This document shows, in pieces, positions 23,880-35,849 of a stretch of 64,000 nucleotides of DNA (positions are counted from its first letter, which is position 1; every line of letters begins with the position of its first letter). The notes beneath the pieces are model-generated. The model was given only the letters and a program-made list of their open reading frames with translations. It was not told the origin of the DNA and searched no databases. The position numbers and the translations under genes were made by a program. The stretch comes from Oopsacas minuta (lineage: Eukaryota > Animalia > Porifera), in NCBI GenBank assembly GCA_024704765.1, contig JAKMXF010000066.1:751854-815853 (forward strand), in the 5' to 3' direction.

Positions 23880-24962
23880 TGATGCACCTGTGTGTGGGGA
23901 TTCTATAGTCACGTGTTCCTTAGATGGTGATGAGCTAGATTGTGAGATTCGGGGATAGGATCCCGAACAGATACAACAAACAATCCATGAATGTTCGCAG
24001 GGTAATCACGACTATTTTGACATCAAGATACGCTTAGGTGGTATTGGTGTTACATTGTACATAGATATCCCTACAAACGTAAAAACTTTGAAAATTGAGA
24101 ATAATTTCATTACAACTTGTTTCGTCGAAAATTCGGTAATTAATGTTGATGTAACCAAAATCATTTTTGACGAAAATGAAGTATTTATCAACCACAACGA
24201 CTTCTTTACATATTTTCCAAGCTTTAATACTTCATGCAGATTTTATAGGATCGAATTTGATGCTATTTTTCTCCCAGAATGCATATATTCAAAAAATTGA
24301 AGTAGATAACTCTTTAGTCGTACAAGAGTCAAGAAGTGTCATAGATCAGACAGTTGTAGGGTGATTAGATAATTTGGAGAGATTTTATTGGGAATCTGGT
24401 CGTATTACAAAATTAATGCCAGATTCATTTATTGGAACATACATGTTAGAAATTGAGTTTGTATGACAATAATCTCCAAGAATTAGGCGACTGTACTTTT
24501 GATGGTTTATATCATTTGTATTCAATTAACTTGGCTGGGAATAACATAACAAAGGTTGGAGAGTACACATTCATTGGAGTGGATATCTTACAACGTGTGT
24601 ACCTAGATGATGATAATCCATCATTTCCACTGTCGGCCCTCACGCTAGCGAATACTATTGTAAAACTCGACGTCAATCATTACGATCCAGCACTTTTGAA
24701 ACCTGAAATCATATCTGTCACTGGAGTACATATCATTCAATTGCACCTGTGAAACAGAGCTTATTTCCACATTACGTGGTCATAAAATCTCCGTTAATTT
24801 AGATTCATTCAATTATTGCCCAGGAAATCCAGGAATTCAAGTAAATGATCCTAACCTCTATGTTAATTGTAATAACACCAACCCCAGTTATCAGTGCTTC
24901 GATCTTTCAATAGGGGTAGATACTCTGACCTCTGAATTAGGGATTATATCTACAGATTGTTA
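23880..24962 (+). pseudogene. Degraded LRR-receptor paralog with stops, frameshifts and an internal deletion of the EGF/TM region
   Basis: Fragments match the neighbouring genes (EVFINHNDFFTYFP, LQELGDCTFDGL, TKVGEYTFIG, FNCTCE, PSYQCF). The sequence then jumps straight to ggggtagatactctgacctctgaattagggatt, the last codons of the 25431-27837 gene. Confidence 0.8.
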
Positions 24963-25430
24963 AGTATATTCTATAAATAGAATGCTTTAGTTATACTTTC
25001 TTGTAATTACAAGATTGTAAATCGCATATACAGTTTCACACTTTTCTATTCTTGCTGAATTTCTTATCAACGAAATACTATATAGTAATCAGTGCCAAGG
25101 ATTTGTGGAAAATAATCTTTGTCCATGTATGTACTATTAGCTATATAGACAAAACTTTCATGATATATTGAAATAATGAATATTTGTGGTAAATGTACTT
25201 ACTCAAGTGGTAGTGGCAATTGGAGAAATTATTGTTGTCTAACCGCTAGGAAGATGTGATCTCAGAGCTTTTTATATGATACTGTTATAATTGATCACAA
25301 TGACTCTTACCCAACACGATATTGTGTTTCTTCTAATAAACAGATTAGTTAGGCCCAAAATGAACATACGTAAAGATTTGGTAGAGATTATACAAAAAGA
25401 TATATATATAAAGTTTGAAAAATATCTTCA

Positions 25431-27837
25431 ATGGAATTTCAAATGATTCAAATTATCCTACTTTCTCTCTTATTAAGGTTTTGGGTCATTACAGCTCACG
25501 ACATATGTGGCAATGAAGAAGTGACATGTTTTAGTCATAGCTATTATGACGGTGTGACTTGCCAAATTCGCACTACTGAGAAAGAAGTAATTCAAGAGCA
25601 AATTTTTAACTGCGCTAAAGACCTGTTTACGCATCTGAAGATTGAAATAAGTGCTAATGGTAAAGGCGCAACGCTGTATCTTTCTCTCCCTGCTAATATA
25701 AAATATTTGAAAATTTCGAATCGCTACAAAACTCCATGTTACGTAGGAACCTCTTCGGTACATACAAATTTAACTAATATTTATTTCAGCGATGAAGAAG
25801 TATTCCTCAATCATAACGACTTTTTTTACATATTTTCCGAATTTGGAATATTTTATTGCATATGAATTTGGATCAAAATCCATGCCATTCTTTACAGAAA
25901 ATATGTTTCTTCGCGTAATTGAAGTTCATCGCTCGAACATTGAGGAAGAATGCGATCGTGTCATTAATGAAACTATGTTAAGAGGCCTCTTCATATTGCA
26001 TACATTTATATGGCAATACGGAGGAATTACAAGGTTGATGCCAAATGCTTTCACCGATACCTTATCACTAGAAGTACTGGTACTAATTGGGAATGAAATA
26101 CATGAGCTCTATGACTGCACATTCGAGGGTCTAGAAGGTTTGACGCGTATATCATTTGCTCAGAATGATATAACGACTGTAGGTGAATACACATTTATCG
26201 GATTAGACAACGTAGAATTCATAAATCTCAACTATAATCCATCTTTTCCACTAAATACAATCACGTTAATGAAAAGAATTGAAGTAATTCTTCTCTTTCA
26301 ATACAATCGATCGCTTTTATCTCCCGAAATATTCCAACAATTCCCGAAATTACGATATCTTGTTTTGCATTTCATCACCTTTAACTGTACATGCGAAACA
26401 GAATGGATCTCACAATTAGAAGCTTTTGGAATTTATGGAATAGTAGATGAATATTTCGAATGCATCCAATATCCAGGCTTCTTAGCAGACGATCCCAGCA
26501 TTTATGTAAACTGTAGTAACCCCAGTTATCAGTGCTTCAATCATTCAATAGTATGTCCTGGCAATAATACGTGGTATAGAGTTGATACAGAAGATGGTTG
26601 TAACTGTACTTATCCACCAGAACGTGCCTTCTACGATGATAGTAGTTTCGTATGTTCAGACATAGATGAGTGTGAAGACAGTAGTATTACATGTCAAGGT
26701 AACTGTACTAACACAATTGGTTCCTACACATGTGATTGTCGTGAAGGATACATTAATCTCAATGAAACGTTCTGTAATGACGTGAATGAATGCGGGGTAG
26801 ATAATGGAGGTTGTGAACAGAATTGTACCAACACCATCGGTTCATTTGTATGTTCATGTTTCCAAGGATACACTGAAAATGGAACAAAATGCATTGACAT
26901 AGATGAATGCGAGGTAAACAATGGAGGTTGTGAACAGAATTGTGCCAACACCAACGGGTCATTTGTATGTTCTTGTATCCAAGGATACACTGAAAATGGA
27001 ACAAAATGCATTGACATAGATGAATGCGGGGTAGATAGTGGAGGTTGTGATCAGAATTGTACTAACATCAACGGTTCATTTGTATGTTCTTGTATCCAAG
27101 GATACACTGAAAATGGAGCAGAATGCATTGACATAGATGAATGCGAGGTAAACAATGGAGGTTGTGAACAGAATTGTGCCAACACCAACGGGTCATTTGT
27201 ATGTTCTTGTATCCAAGGATACACTGAAAATGGAACAAAATGCATTGACATAGATGAATGCGAGGTAAACAATGGAGGTTGTGAACAGAATTGCACTAAT
27301 GCAATAGGAACGTATGAATGCACTTGCTTTGAGGGATATTCTATGCAAGGACTCTTGTGTGCAGATACAAATGAGTGTGAGGAATCAAATGGAAATTGTC
27401 TCCATAATTGTAACAATTCAATAGGGTCTTTTGAATGTTCGTGTTTTGAAGGATTTGTCATTTCCTCTACAAACAGTAGTGACTGTGAATCAATTACTGC
27501 AGGTCTCAGGATCTTGAACTTAGGTCAGACTGAATCTATTCTCGTTACATTGGCTATTATTTTTCTCATCCTAATATTATTCTTTGTGGGGATAATTCTT
27601 GTAATTCTGTTCTGTCTCTATGCTAGGAGCCGGTCACGCAAACCACTAGCGAAACCAGTGATTACTACAAAACCTACAATTGCCGAATTAGACAGAATGA
27701 AATCTATCGTGATTGAAAACCCACTTTCTGGGTTAGAAGGATTCCCCTTAGAACCCCCGGAAGACTCTAAATCGGTTCCAGATGTTGGGGTAGATACTCT
27801 GACCTCTGAATTAGGGATTACATCTACAGACTGTTAA
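25431..27837 (+). CDS. Intronless LRR - LRRCT - 7x calcium-binding EGF - TM receptor, with a +1 frameshift in a T7 run (25821-25827)
   Basis: ORFs 25431-25865 and 25792-27837 join if one T is removed (NHNDFFTYFPN, as in both paralogs). Signal peptide, LRRs, 7 cbEGF, TM and a tail sharing PTIAELD...VI.NPLS with the minus-strand paralog. Confidence 0.82.
26776..27300 (+). repeat. 117-bp (39-aa) tandem repeats encoding cbEGF modules
   Basis: aaatgcattgacatagatgaatgc-type motif recurs with 117-bp spacing (about 26887, 27004, 27121, 27238). Confidence 0.9.
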
Positions 27838-28515
27838 GTATATTCTATAGATAGTCCTCAATGCTTTTGTTGTGAATTATATATTTATGTATCTACATGT
27901 TATTTATCCTATTCTTATTTATTTCACCTGGAGCGTATATTTAGTGGAAATCAATTATATTGCCACTTGAACATAATGTCAGTTTATATTACAAATATTA
28001 CTTAATACTTTAAGATCTATTAGGCAAACAAAACAGCTGATGAGGTTGTCAGTTCATGAAATTTGTCAAACCTTTGTAAATACTTTGGAAATTAGTATCA
28101 TTCAATCTCTTACGAATTGAAATGTTTTCAATGCCGTTACTATCTCTAACAAGTCTAGGATATACAGGTGCTTGTTTGGGTATAGTATGTGACTGCTTAT
28201 TCAAACGGACTGCAGCTGGGTATTCAGGGGATGTGTTTAAAATTGGTACAAAGTCCATGGGTGAACAAGATTGGGAACCGATGTGCTACTCGTTAAATGA
28301 AGTTTTTATTTAACTCTAAAATACTCAGCATACGTATGGAGTAGTAAAGAGTTCGTTAAGGCATTAATGAGATAGGGTGGACGTCTAATAACTATCTGAG
28401 TAAACTATGCATATTACTCAAGGAATAAATATTGATAAATATGTACAAACTAATTAACAAAATATGTATCGCTAGTTCGGGCAGGATTTCTAACATATCT
28501 TTAATCTTCTTTCGT

Positions 28516-30102
28516 TCATCCAGTGATGGTGAAGTTAGCAGAACCTTTGCTGTATATCTTGTGGTGGGGATGCTTACTGTCACACTGTGCTTCACAGATA
28601 GCTGTAAGAATTAATGTGAATAATTATTTACAATTTACAGTATAGCTCCGATAAAACGTAAAAAGTAATAGCTAACCGAAGTACGTCTTATGTGATGTTT
28701 TCAAAGTTTATCTACTGTACTTTGAAAGACATTTTACCAATTGTGACACTGCCTATAGTATATGCGGCTTTGTACAATTCTACTGAGGTTAAATTTACAA
28801 TTGACTTACTAATGTCTACGATGTATACTCCTGGTAGCCATCTCTCACATATCGGGTCCTGACAGTTTTGATTCGGAGTAGCTTCTAGTTTGATATCAAC
28901 CTCGTATTGTTTTGGAGTTTGTTGATAAAGAATGAATTCATTCTCTAAATATGAATAAATCACTGAAAATATTGGAATGTATACAATGAGACAAACATAA
29001 CTAATACTCATTGGTACATACTTTGTCGGTGTCAGTTTATACAGGCTACATTGTATGTTAAATAATTGTGTATTTACTACAAACTCACCTAGTGGTAGTT
29101 TATCTACAGTTTGAATAGCCAGAATAAGGTCTGCAGTCCCAGTTGTATTAATAACGGTGTAAGCAACAGTAATATCAAATGTGGAACCTACAGTACATGA
29201 TTTTATCATAACAAACACGTTTGGCTTGTTTTCATTGTGTAGCTTGCGAACATTATATTATTTACTAAACAGGGAATACATTTTATTATTATTATAGCAG
29301 AATCGACTCTAATTAAAACCCGAATAAGTGCCGGGGATATTTAGCAGTGAAACCGATAACACCAAAAATCATGTATTTTGGCCAAGCCAACCACCACGGG
29401 ATATAAATTTTGTCGAGCGCTGGCATTTAGTATAAATAGAAACATCACACTTTCAGTTTCAATTAACTTTCAATTCAACATACAAAGGAAACTGCGGATT
29501 ACTAACATACCTTGTGCAGCTTTTGGTGGTTGTACAGCCACGCTGTTTATCTTAACATTTCCGTTATCGGTCCAAGCACACAAACTCAGTTCTTGGCAGT
29601 AGTATATTGGATCTATGTCTATCCTGCAGGAGAATATAACTCAATTTACTAATCCACTATAACTATAACTGTACTTACTTTTTGAGTAAATCTACAAACT
29701 CCTCGATTCCTTCGTACATACAAGCTATCGTACAAACTGCATCCACTATTTGAGATCCATTGAAAATCTTCTGAGCAATCGCAGCACAGCCATCTTGACA
29801 TGTAGCACCTAACCCAGCATCTACACAATATTATATAAGGAGCAATGATATTGTGAGTCAATACAGTGAAACAGTCAATAATAATAATAATAATATTTAT
29901 TTAACTTACTTAGAATTATGTTCAGAAAATCTTGAATAAAATTGTCAACAAAGTCTAGACAAACTTTACATTTTCCATTACTATCGCTGATATCACTTGC
30001 TTTGTGTTTATACACTTCTTCTATCAGATGGTTCATTGAATATATTGAGTTAACTGTGCCCAAAGAGAGCATAAGGACTGCTACAAATATCACGCCTTTC
30101 AT
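28516..30102 (-). CDS. Countin-like secreted saposin-B domain protein, paralog 2. Exons 30102-29910, 29820-29679, 29623-29511, 29187-29089, 28944-28810, 28601-28516
   Basis: Signal peptide; CKVCLDFVDNFIQDFLNIILNAGLGATCQDGC...VCTIAC...IDPIYYCQELSLC; C-terminal ICEAQCDSKHPHHKIY. This pattern resembles Dictyostelium countin and its animal homologues. Confidence 0.8.
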
Positions 30103-30670
30103 TTTGGAGTTTTTCCTAGAGTTATATTATTAAATTAAATTAACTGTTTGTGTCTATTCGATATTTTAAGAATTATATATCATAGAATTTACATTGAGTT
30201 ATATATGGCATATACATTCATGAATTGGTAATGGGATATCCCAATACATTCAAATTTATTGTCTTGTGATTCTTTGGAATGTGAACTTAAAAATCACGAG
30301 AAGATATGGGAGAGTTCTGGAGTCATTTGATCAGATACAGAGTATATTATTATGCGAGTAATTATGGGAGCCATTAGCCCTGTCCTTAGTGATTGGAGAG
30401 TTAGATTGGAATGTTGTTTCCTGAATTGTATTAACCCAAGGTTATACAAGTAAACCCTCAAATCTGATTGGGCGAGAACAATTGTCACCTTTTCTCAATG
30501 ATTTTTGAATAATTTGTCCACATAATTACGATTCACCCTAGTTACACTGTAATTGATGTAAATGCCAAATTTCAAATTTTCAAAGATATTTCTGCTAATT
30601 ATAAGCAGAACATAATATCTTGCAATTATCAATAAACAAATATACAAACTAAACACCAAAATAAATGTTA

Positions 30671-32920
30671 CTACTTCGATAACTTTTTATTACTTCTCCA
30701 GAGTCGGTCGTATGCTTCAGAATTATTTCCTAATCCTTCACTACTGAGAGGAGAAACCCTATTCGCATTATCGTCATATTTACCAATCGGGAACAAGAGT
30801 GGTGATGATTTTGTGTTCATAAGGCTACTGAATAACTGATCATCAGTCTTACCACTTTCGTCTTGAAAAACCTGTTCCATTTCGAGGCATTCATCTGATA
30901 CTAATCTCTCACGTAATTTCCTTCTAAAATCCTGTATTTCATCCTCGTTTATATCAGCATAGGTTGCTAGTCGATTTTGCGCAAGGTTCATTGTACTTTC
31001 ATGAAGTTTGCTTTGGACGAGATCTTCTATTCGATTTCCTGAGGTTTTTCTATACCATGTTGTGTATATTATCACACATGTAAGTAGAATAATCACTAGC
31101 ACCAATAGACAAAGCACAAATGCCAATACAGCAACTGAAAATATTAGAATATAGTTTTGAATTAATTCTGGAAATGTGACTGTTTGATCATTTGGCGTAA
31201 TTGAGCAGATTTGAGGTTGATAAGGAGTCGTGAAATAATTTTGGATATTAGCACCTGTATAACCGATAATTTCTATTTCATATATCGCTAGATATTTACT
31301 TGAATTTAATGGTATTTGTAGAACTATTGTTTGCTCAGGTCTGTTTATGGAAATTTCTTTTCTATTGATTGAGTATTTTGATTCATTTTCAAGTTTTCCG
31401 GAAGAAAAATCGTTGATATCTATTTCTACATGATGATAACAAACTGTAGATATATAGTAATAATGCGAAAGTCTGATTGTAATATTTAATGCTGTTTCAT
31501 TTCCTGTAAATAGATAGAACTCGCTTTCGTTGTTCAGTTCCAACTTTGAAATATCACCTAAAGTTATGAAAATAAATACTAATATTGGTATGTTCTCCAC
31601 AATTCGACATTTAGGCACATTTTGTCACGGGAATTGACACTTAATATGTCAAAAAGTGTGACAGATGACAACAATAAATAAACAACAATAAAATTCGAAA
31701 ATCTCACATTCCTGTGCCGACGAAATTTTCACTAATTGAATGCTAGTCATAAATTCCAAAGTCTACATCTGATTGCCCTAAACGAAAAGTGTGAATAGAT
31801 ATGAAAATATACGCATATGAAAAATTTCTAATATCGGGTATACAACTAGAAATCACTAAGAGTATACATGCCAAATTTAGTATACTAATCTCTAAAGGTG
31901 TGAACAGGAGAGTGAACACATATATCAGCACAGTAGAAACTAACCTCTCTCTCCATCAAATAACTTCCCGATTCCTCCAATACACATTCCATATTCACAT
32001 ACACCCGTGTAATCACTGTTTGTATTTGAAACTGGAACTATACTCATCCCATATTCTATAATTGGAACCATTAACAAGAACTCTGTCGTAATTGGACAAC
32101 CAAATAATTCATACTGGACACAGTATTGCTTTGAATCAGGTATTACTCTCTCAATCTGAATGAATACAATATTATTCACATATATTAAGGGATAAATAAT
32201 TCTTCAATAATTTTCATAGCATAATCCCGTGATTACTCCTATTCCACTCAAAATATCCAGAAGTATAGCAAAAAATGAAAATTTCCCGAGATTTTCAGAA
32301 TACACTGAGGAGAATGTTAAATAATTCGGATAATTACACTATTCATGTGGGTGGTGAAGCTGAAACAAGTTTCCAACTAATAGTGGGCGAGTGAATGAAA
32401 CTAATTATGAAATAGGGAATTTGACAATAATTATACTTACTGATATTGACTGTACTGTGACTGGGTTAATATTAGCTCTGAATATGGAATTATCACTAAC
32501 TTCATTAATATCATTTATTGCGTAACTCATGCCATCTACCAAATATGTAAATTTATATAAACTCGAATTTACAGCTGATTCGTTCTGACACGTGTAAGAA
32601 TCATAGTTCCGTATTGCAACACCTGTAATTATATAGTACGCACTCCCTGTTTCGAATTTATTAAAATCGATAGTTATTTTATTGAAAATACTATCCAACT
32701 GCCAATATGTTTGCGAGTACAAATTCGGTATTCTTGGGAATTCGTTACTTCCATTATTTAACGCAAAACCATTCGTTTCAGTTGCCAAAAGTACTTGAGC
32801 TTTTTGCAGATCTTTCTGAATGACGCCATTGAATATTTCTTGCCTGCAGTCGAAGAATATATTTTGACTTTTCACAAAAATCGAAGCAAACAAAAATCCG
32901 TAAATAATCAACATATACAT
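30671..32920 (-). CDS. Kinase-less DDR-like receptor A (discoidin + DS-like + TM + Tyr tail). Exons 32920-32441, 32155-31945, 31557-30671
   Basis: YCVQYELFGC...YTGVC...CIGGIGKLFDGERG; LAIYEIEII; TM; tail with TYADI and AYDRL. Intron phases 0 and 1. Confidence 0.72.
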
Positions 32921-33269
32921 TTAATGTTATCTTTTTCTTTGTTATTCCAAGCCTAATTTCTGCTGGAGGAATTTGATCCGATGCTATCATCTCTGATTAA
33001 ATACCCACATTCTCCTTGGTTACTGAGTACGCAAATGGAATGTATTGAACTGACTGCACCATACAATACACGCGTTATCATTATTGTTATCAAAATGTTA
33101 TTGCAACAAAATAAGATAAATGTTATTTGTGTTAGCAAATCATTTGGGGATAATTCAATAAACAATATTTATATATTAATAAACACTCTCACACAAATCA
33201 CACTTATACACGCAATGTATAATATAATAGTAGGATGACGAGAATAATCGAAAAGTATAATCATGTCTG

Positions 33270-35464
33270 TTATTTATGCTTTACCCTGTCGTAAGCAGAG
33301 AACTCAACATTTCTCTCATTAACATCAAGTTGTCCATAAACAGTTGATACAGGTTCCTGTTTATCATTTGTATCATACAGTGTGTTCTCTAACATTTCAT
33401 ACTTAGAGGAACTGTCTGCAATCGCATCTGAATTATCGTATATAACTGGATTTGTGGCAATAGTATCAGACCTTTTCTGTTCGCTTTCTAGAGGTTCTTC
33501 AATAGAAAGAGCATTTGTTGTAGACAAGGGCTTTCTATGCGATTCCTCTTGTATTACGGGTATAGTTGGCAATCTGCCTACTCGAGTATCATTGTTTACA
33601 CCTGATTCAAGTGACCCTACAGCAATAGTAGCATATAGCGATTCGTTTCTTTCTTTGTTTGCGTTTCTTGTCAAATGTATATTTTCCTGGATTCCCCTGT
33701 ATCTATATGTAGTGTAGATACAACAAACAAATAACAACAATAATAAGAAGAATTGTATCACCACTATAATCGAAAAGACAGCATAGATCGCTGTGTTATC
33801 ACAAAATTCGATCTTTTGTGAAGGCAATGTGCTATTCATTGCAGATACTGTTGTCTTCTTAATTGGTGGTGTTGTTGGTGTTGAAATTTCGCATGGAGTT
33901 GTTGTTGACTCGTTGGGTGTTATTGGTGATGTTGCATTTACAATGGAGTACATGTATCCAATATCCAAAGGTCCGAGATTAATATCCTGGCTCAAAACTT
34001 CTACTTCACTCAGAACTAACTTTTTTTGCTCTTGTACATTCATATTTAGTTCAATCCTGTCAACAACCTCATTGATAGATAGACGTACATTATATGTATT
34101 ACTTGTGATATCAGAGGTGTCTGTAGTGAAGTACATATCTGGGTATACTAGCTGTATTTTTGGTGGTCGTATTTTCGTTTCGGTCTGATAACCGTAGAAT
34201 ATTATCTGAGATATGTTAACTGGGACTGCTAAGATTATGTTCAGTTTGAATGCACAATTAGTTTGTATGCTTGTGTCTCCATCTGAAAAACATCTCCAGC
34301 CAACTATGATGTTACTCTGACTGTTATCATTGTTATCACCTAATAGAAATAGTGTTAAAAGGACCTCGAATAGTAGCCGGGGTGATTATTCATATTTTAA
34401 CACCTTTGGACGGGGGGACATAATATATATATTCACACACTACATTCCATGAATCATAGCATTCTATACATGAATATATTCACCAACTCCCTAACGTGCT
34501 TCTGTGACGTGTTATGTCCCAGTTTCCATAGTTACCTCTTTGGTACTTAGCTATTATGAAATTTCCACTACTAACCTATTATTCCATCCATTAGTTGTCC
34601 CTTTCCTCCAAAGCACAGTTCATCATTACACCATCCAGTATACGTATCATCTGCCCCTCTATCTCCTTGAGTTTCTAACATAGGTCGACTAACAGTATAG
34701 CTTAATACTGCTGCTCTTGTCAAGGTATACCCAACTAGTCCATAACTAACACAGTAATTATCTGGTGTAGCCAAGAATCTTGAGATCTATTGAAAGAGTA
34801 TATCATTAATGAATGGAAGGTGTTGCATATTTGTAACAGTATGGTCTATTCAGAAATCTCAAATTTTAGCTTTTGACATTTCTAGATAGATCATACTGTA
34901 ACTGTGCCGACGAGATTATCTCAAATCAAATATTCAGGATTCTATTTGGACTAACTACGCTAATAAGGTGTGAATTAATATGTGATTCATGTATACAAAT
35001 GTTCCAAAATGTAAGATAAAACGAGTCCTTACATATATTTCTTCAGCTAAGATAGGTTCAATAGTCACCACCACGCTATTATTCGTCAGTAAATAACTGC
35101 TGTTAGGGTCCAGTCTAGTGCTTGTCTTTAAATTCTTGAATTTGTTTGTTATAAGATAATCGCTAATGTTTATATTATTCTCTCGTATACAATTATTCAC
35201 ACCATCACCCGCTTCAACTTTGATCTCAATTTGTGTAATTACAAACACGAAAATACAATTTTCTGGAAAAATATTATATTTTACTTCAAAGTTTGTTTGA
35301 TTTAAGATCGTTTCATTTCCAATTCTAATCAGTTCCCTTGAATTTGATCCTTCAACACACTCTACATTCACATTTCTAATAATTGGTTCGTAATTAGCAT
35401 TGGCTATCTGAAAAATCTGCAAAACACAAAATATGCAAATCAAGAATACAAAAACCTTTGCCAT
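33270..35464 (-). CDS. Kinase-less DDR-like receptor B. Exons 35464 (or 35512)-35033, 34786-34576, 34339-33270
   Basis: YCVSYGLVGY...YTGWC...CFGGKGQLMDGIIG; VGW; LVLSEVEV; Thr-rich stalk; TM; tail with SLYATI, SKYEML, TVYGQL, SAYDRV. Confidence 0.72.
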
Positions 35465-35710
35465 AACTTCTGTTTTCTTATTTACAATATCTACACCATG
35501 GTTTATATACACATATATTCCCTAACACATAACAAATATCAAATTACAATTATTATGTATTTGGATAATTTAGCAGAATATTCTGCAAATTTATTGATTG
35601 CTAGATAGGTTCATATATTTTAATATGGTTATTCAAATTTTGACACCTTTTTGTGTATTCTACACTACCAGATCGGCATCTCATTCGGGTTTAACATAAC
35701 AATTTAATCA

Positions 35711-35779
35711 TACAAACATACCAACACATTCCCTTATTAATACAAACATACCAACACATTCCCTTATTAATACAAACAT
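35711..35779. repeat. 30-bp tandem duplication (tacaaacataccaacacattcccttattaa x2.3)
   Basis: Two exact copies plus a partial third. Confidence 0.85.
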
Positions 35780-35849
35780 GAATTTACAAGTAATGTATTA
35801 TACGAATCCATATGTGAATTAGAAAAAGGTTTTAAATATACAGGCAAAG

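Noticed and set aside
26776-27300. Regularly spaced direct repeats suggestive of a CRISPR array
   Set aside because: The units are contiguous, in-frame 39-codon EGF modules without unique spacers, in a eukaryotic gene with no cas genes.
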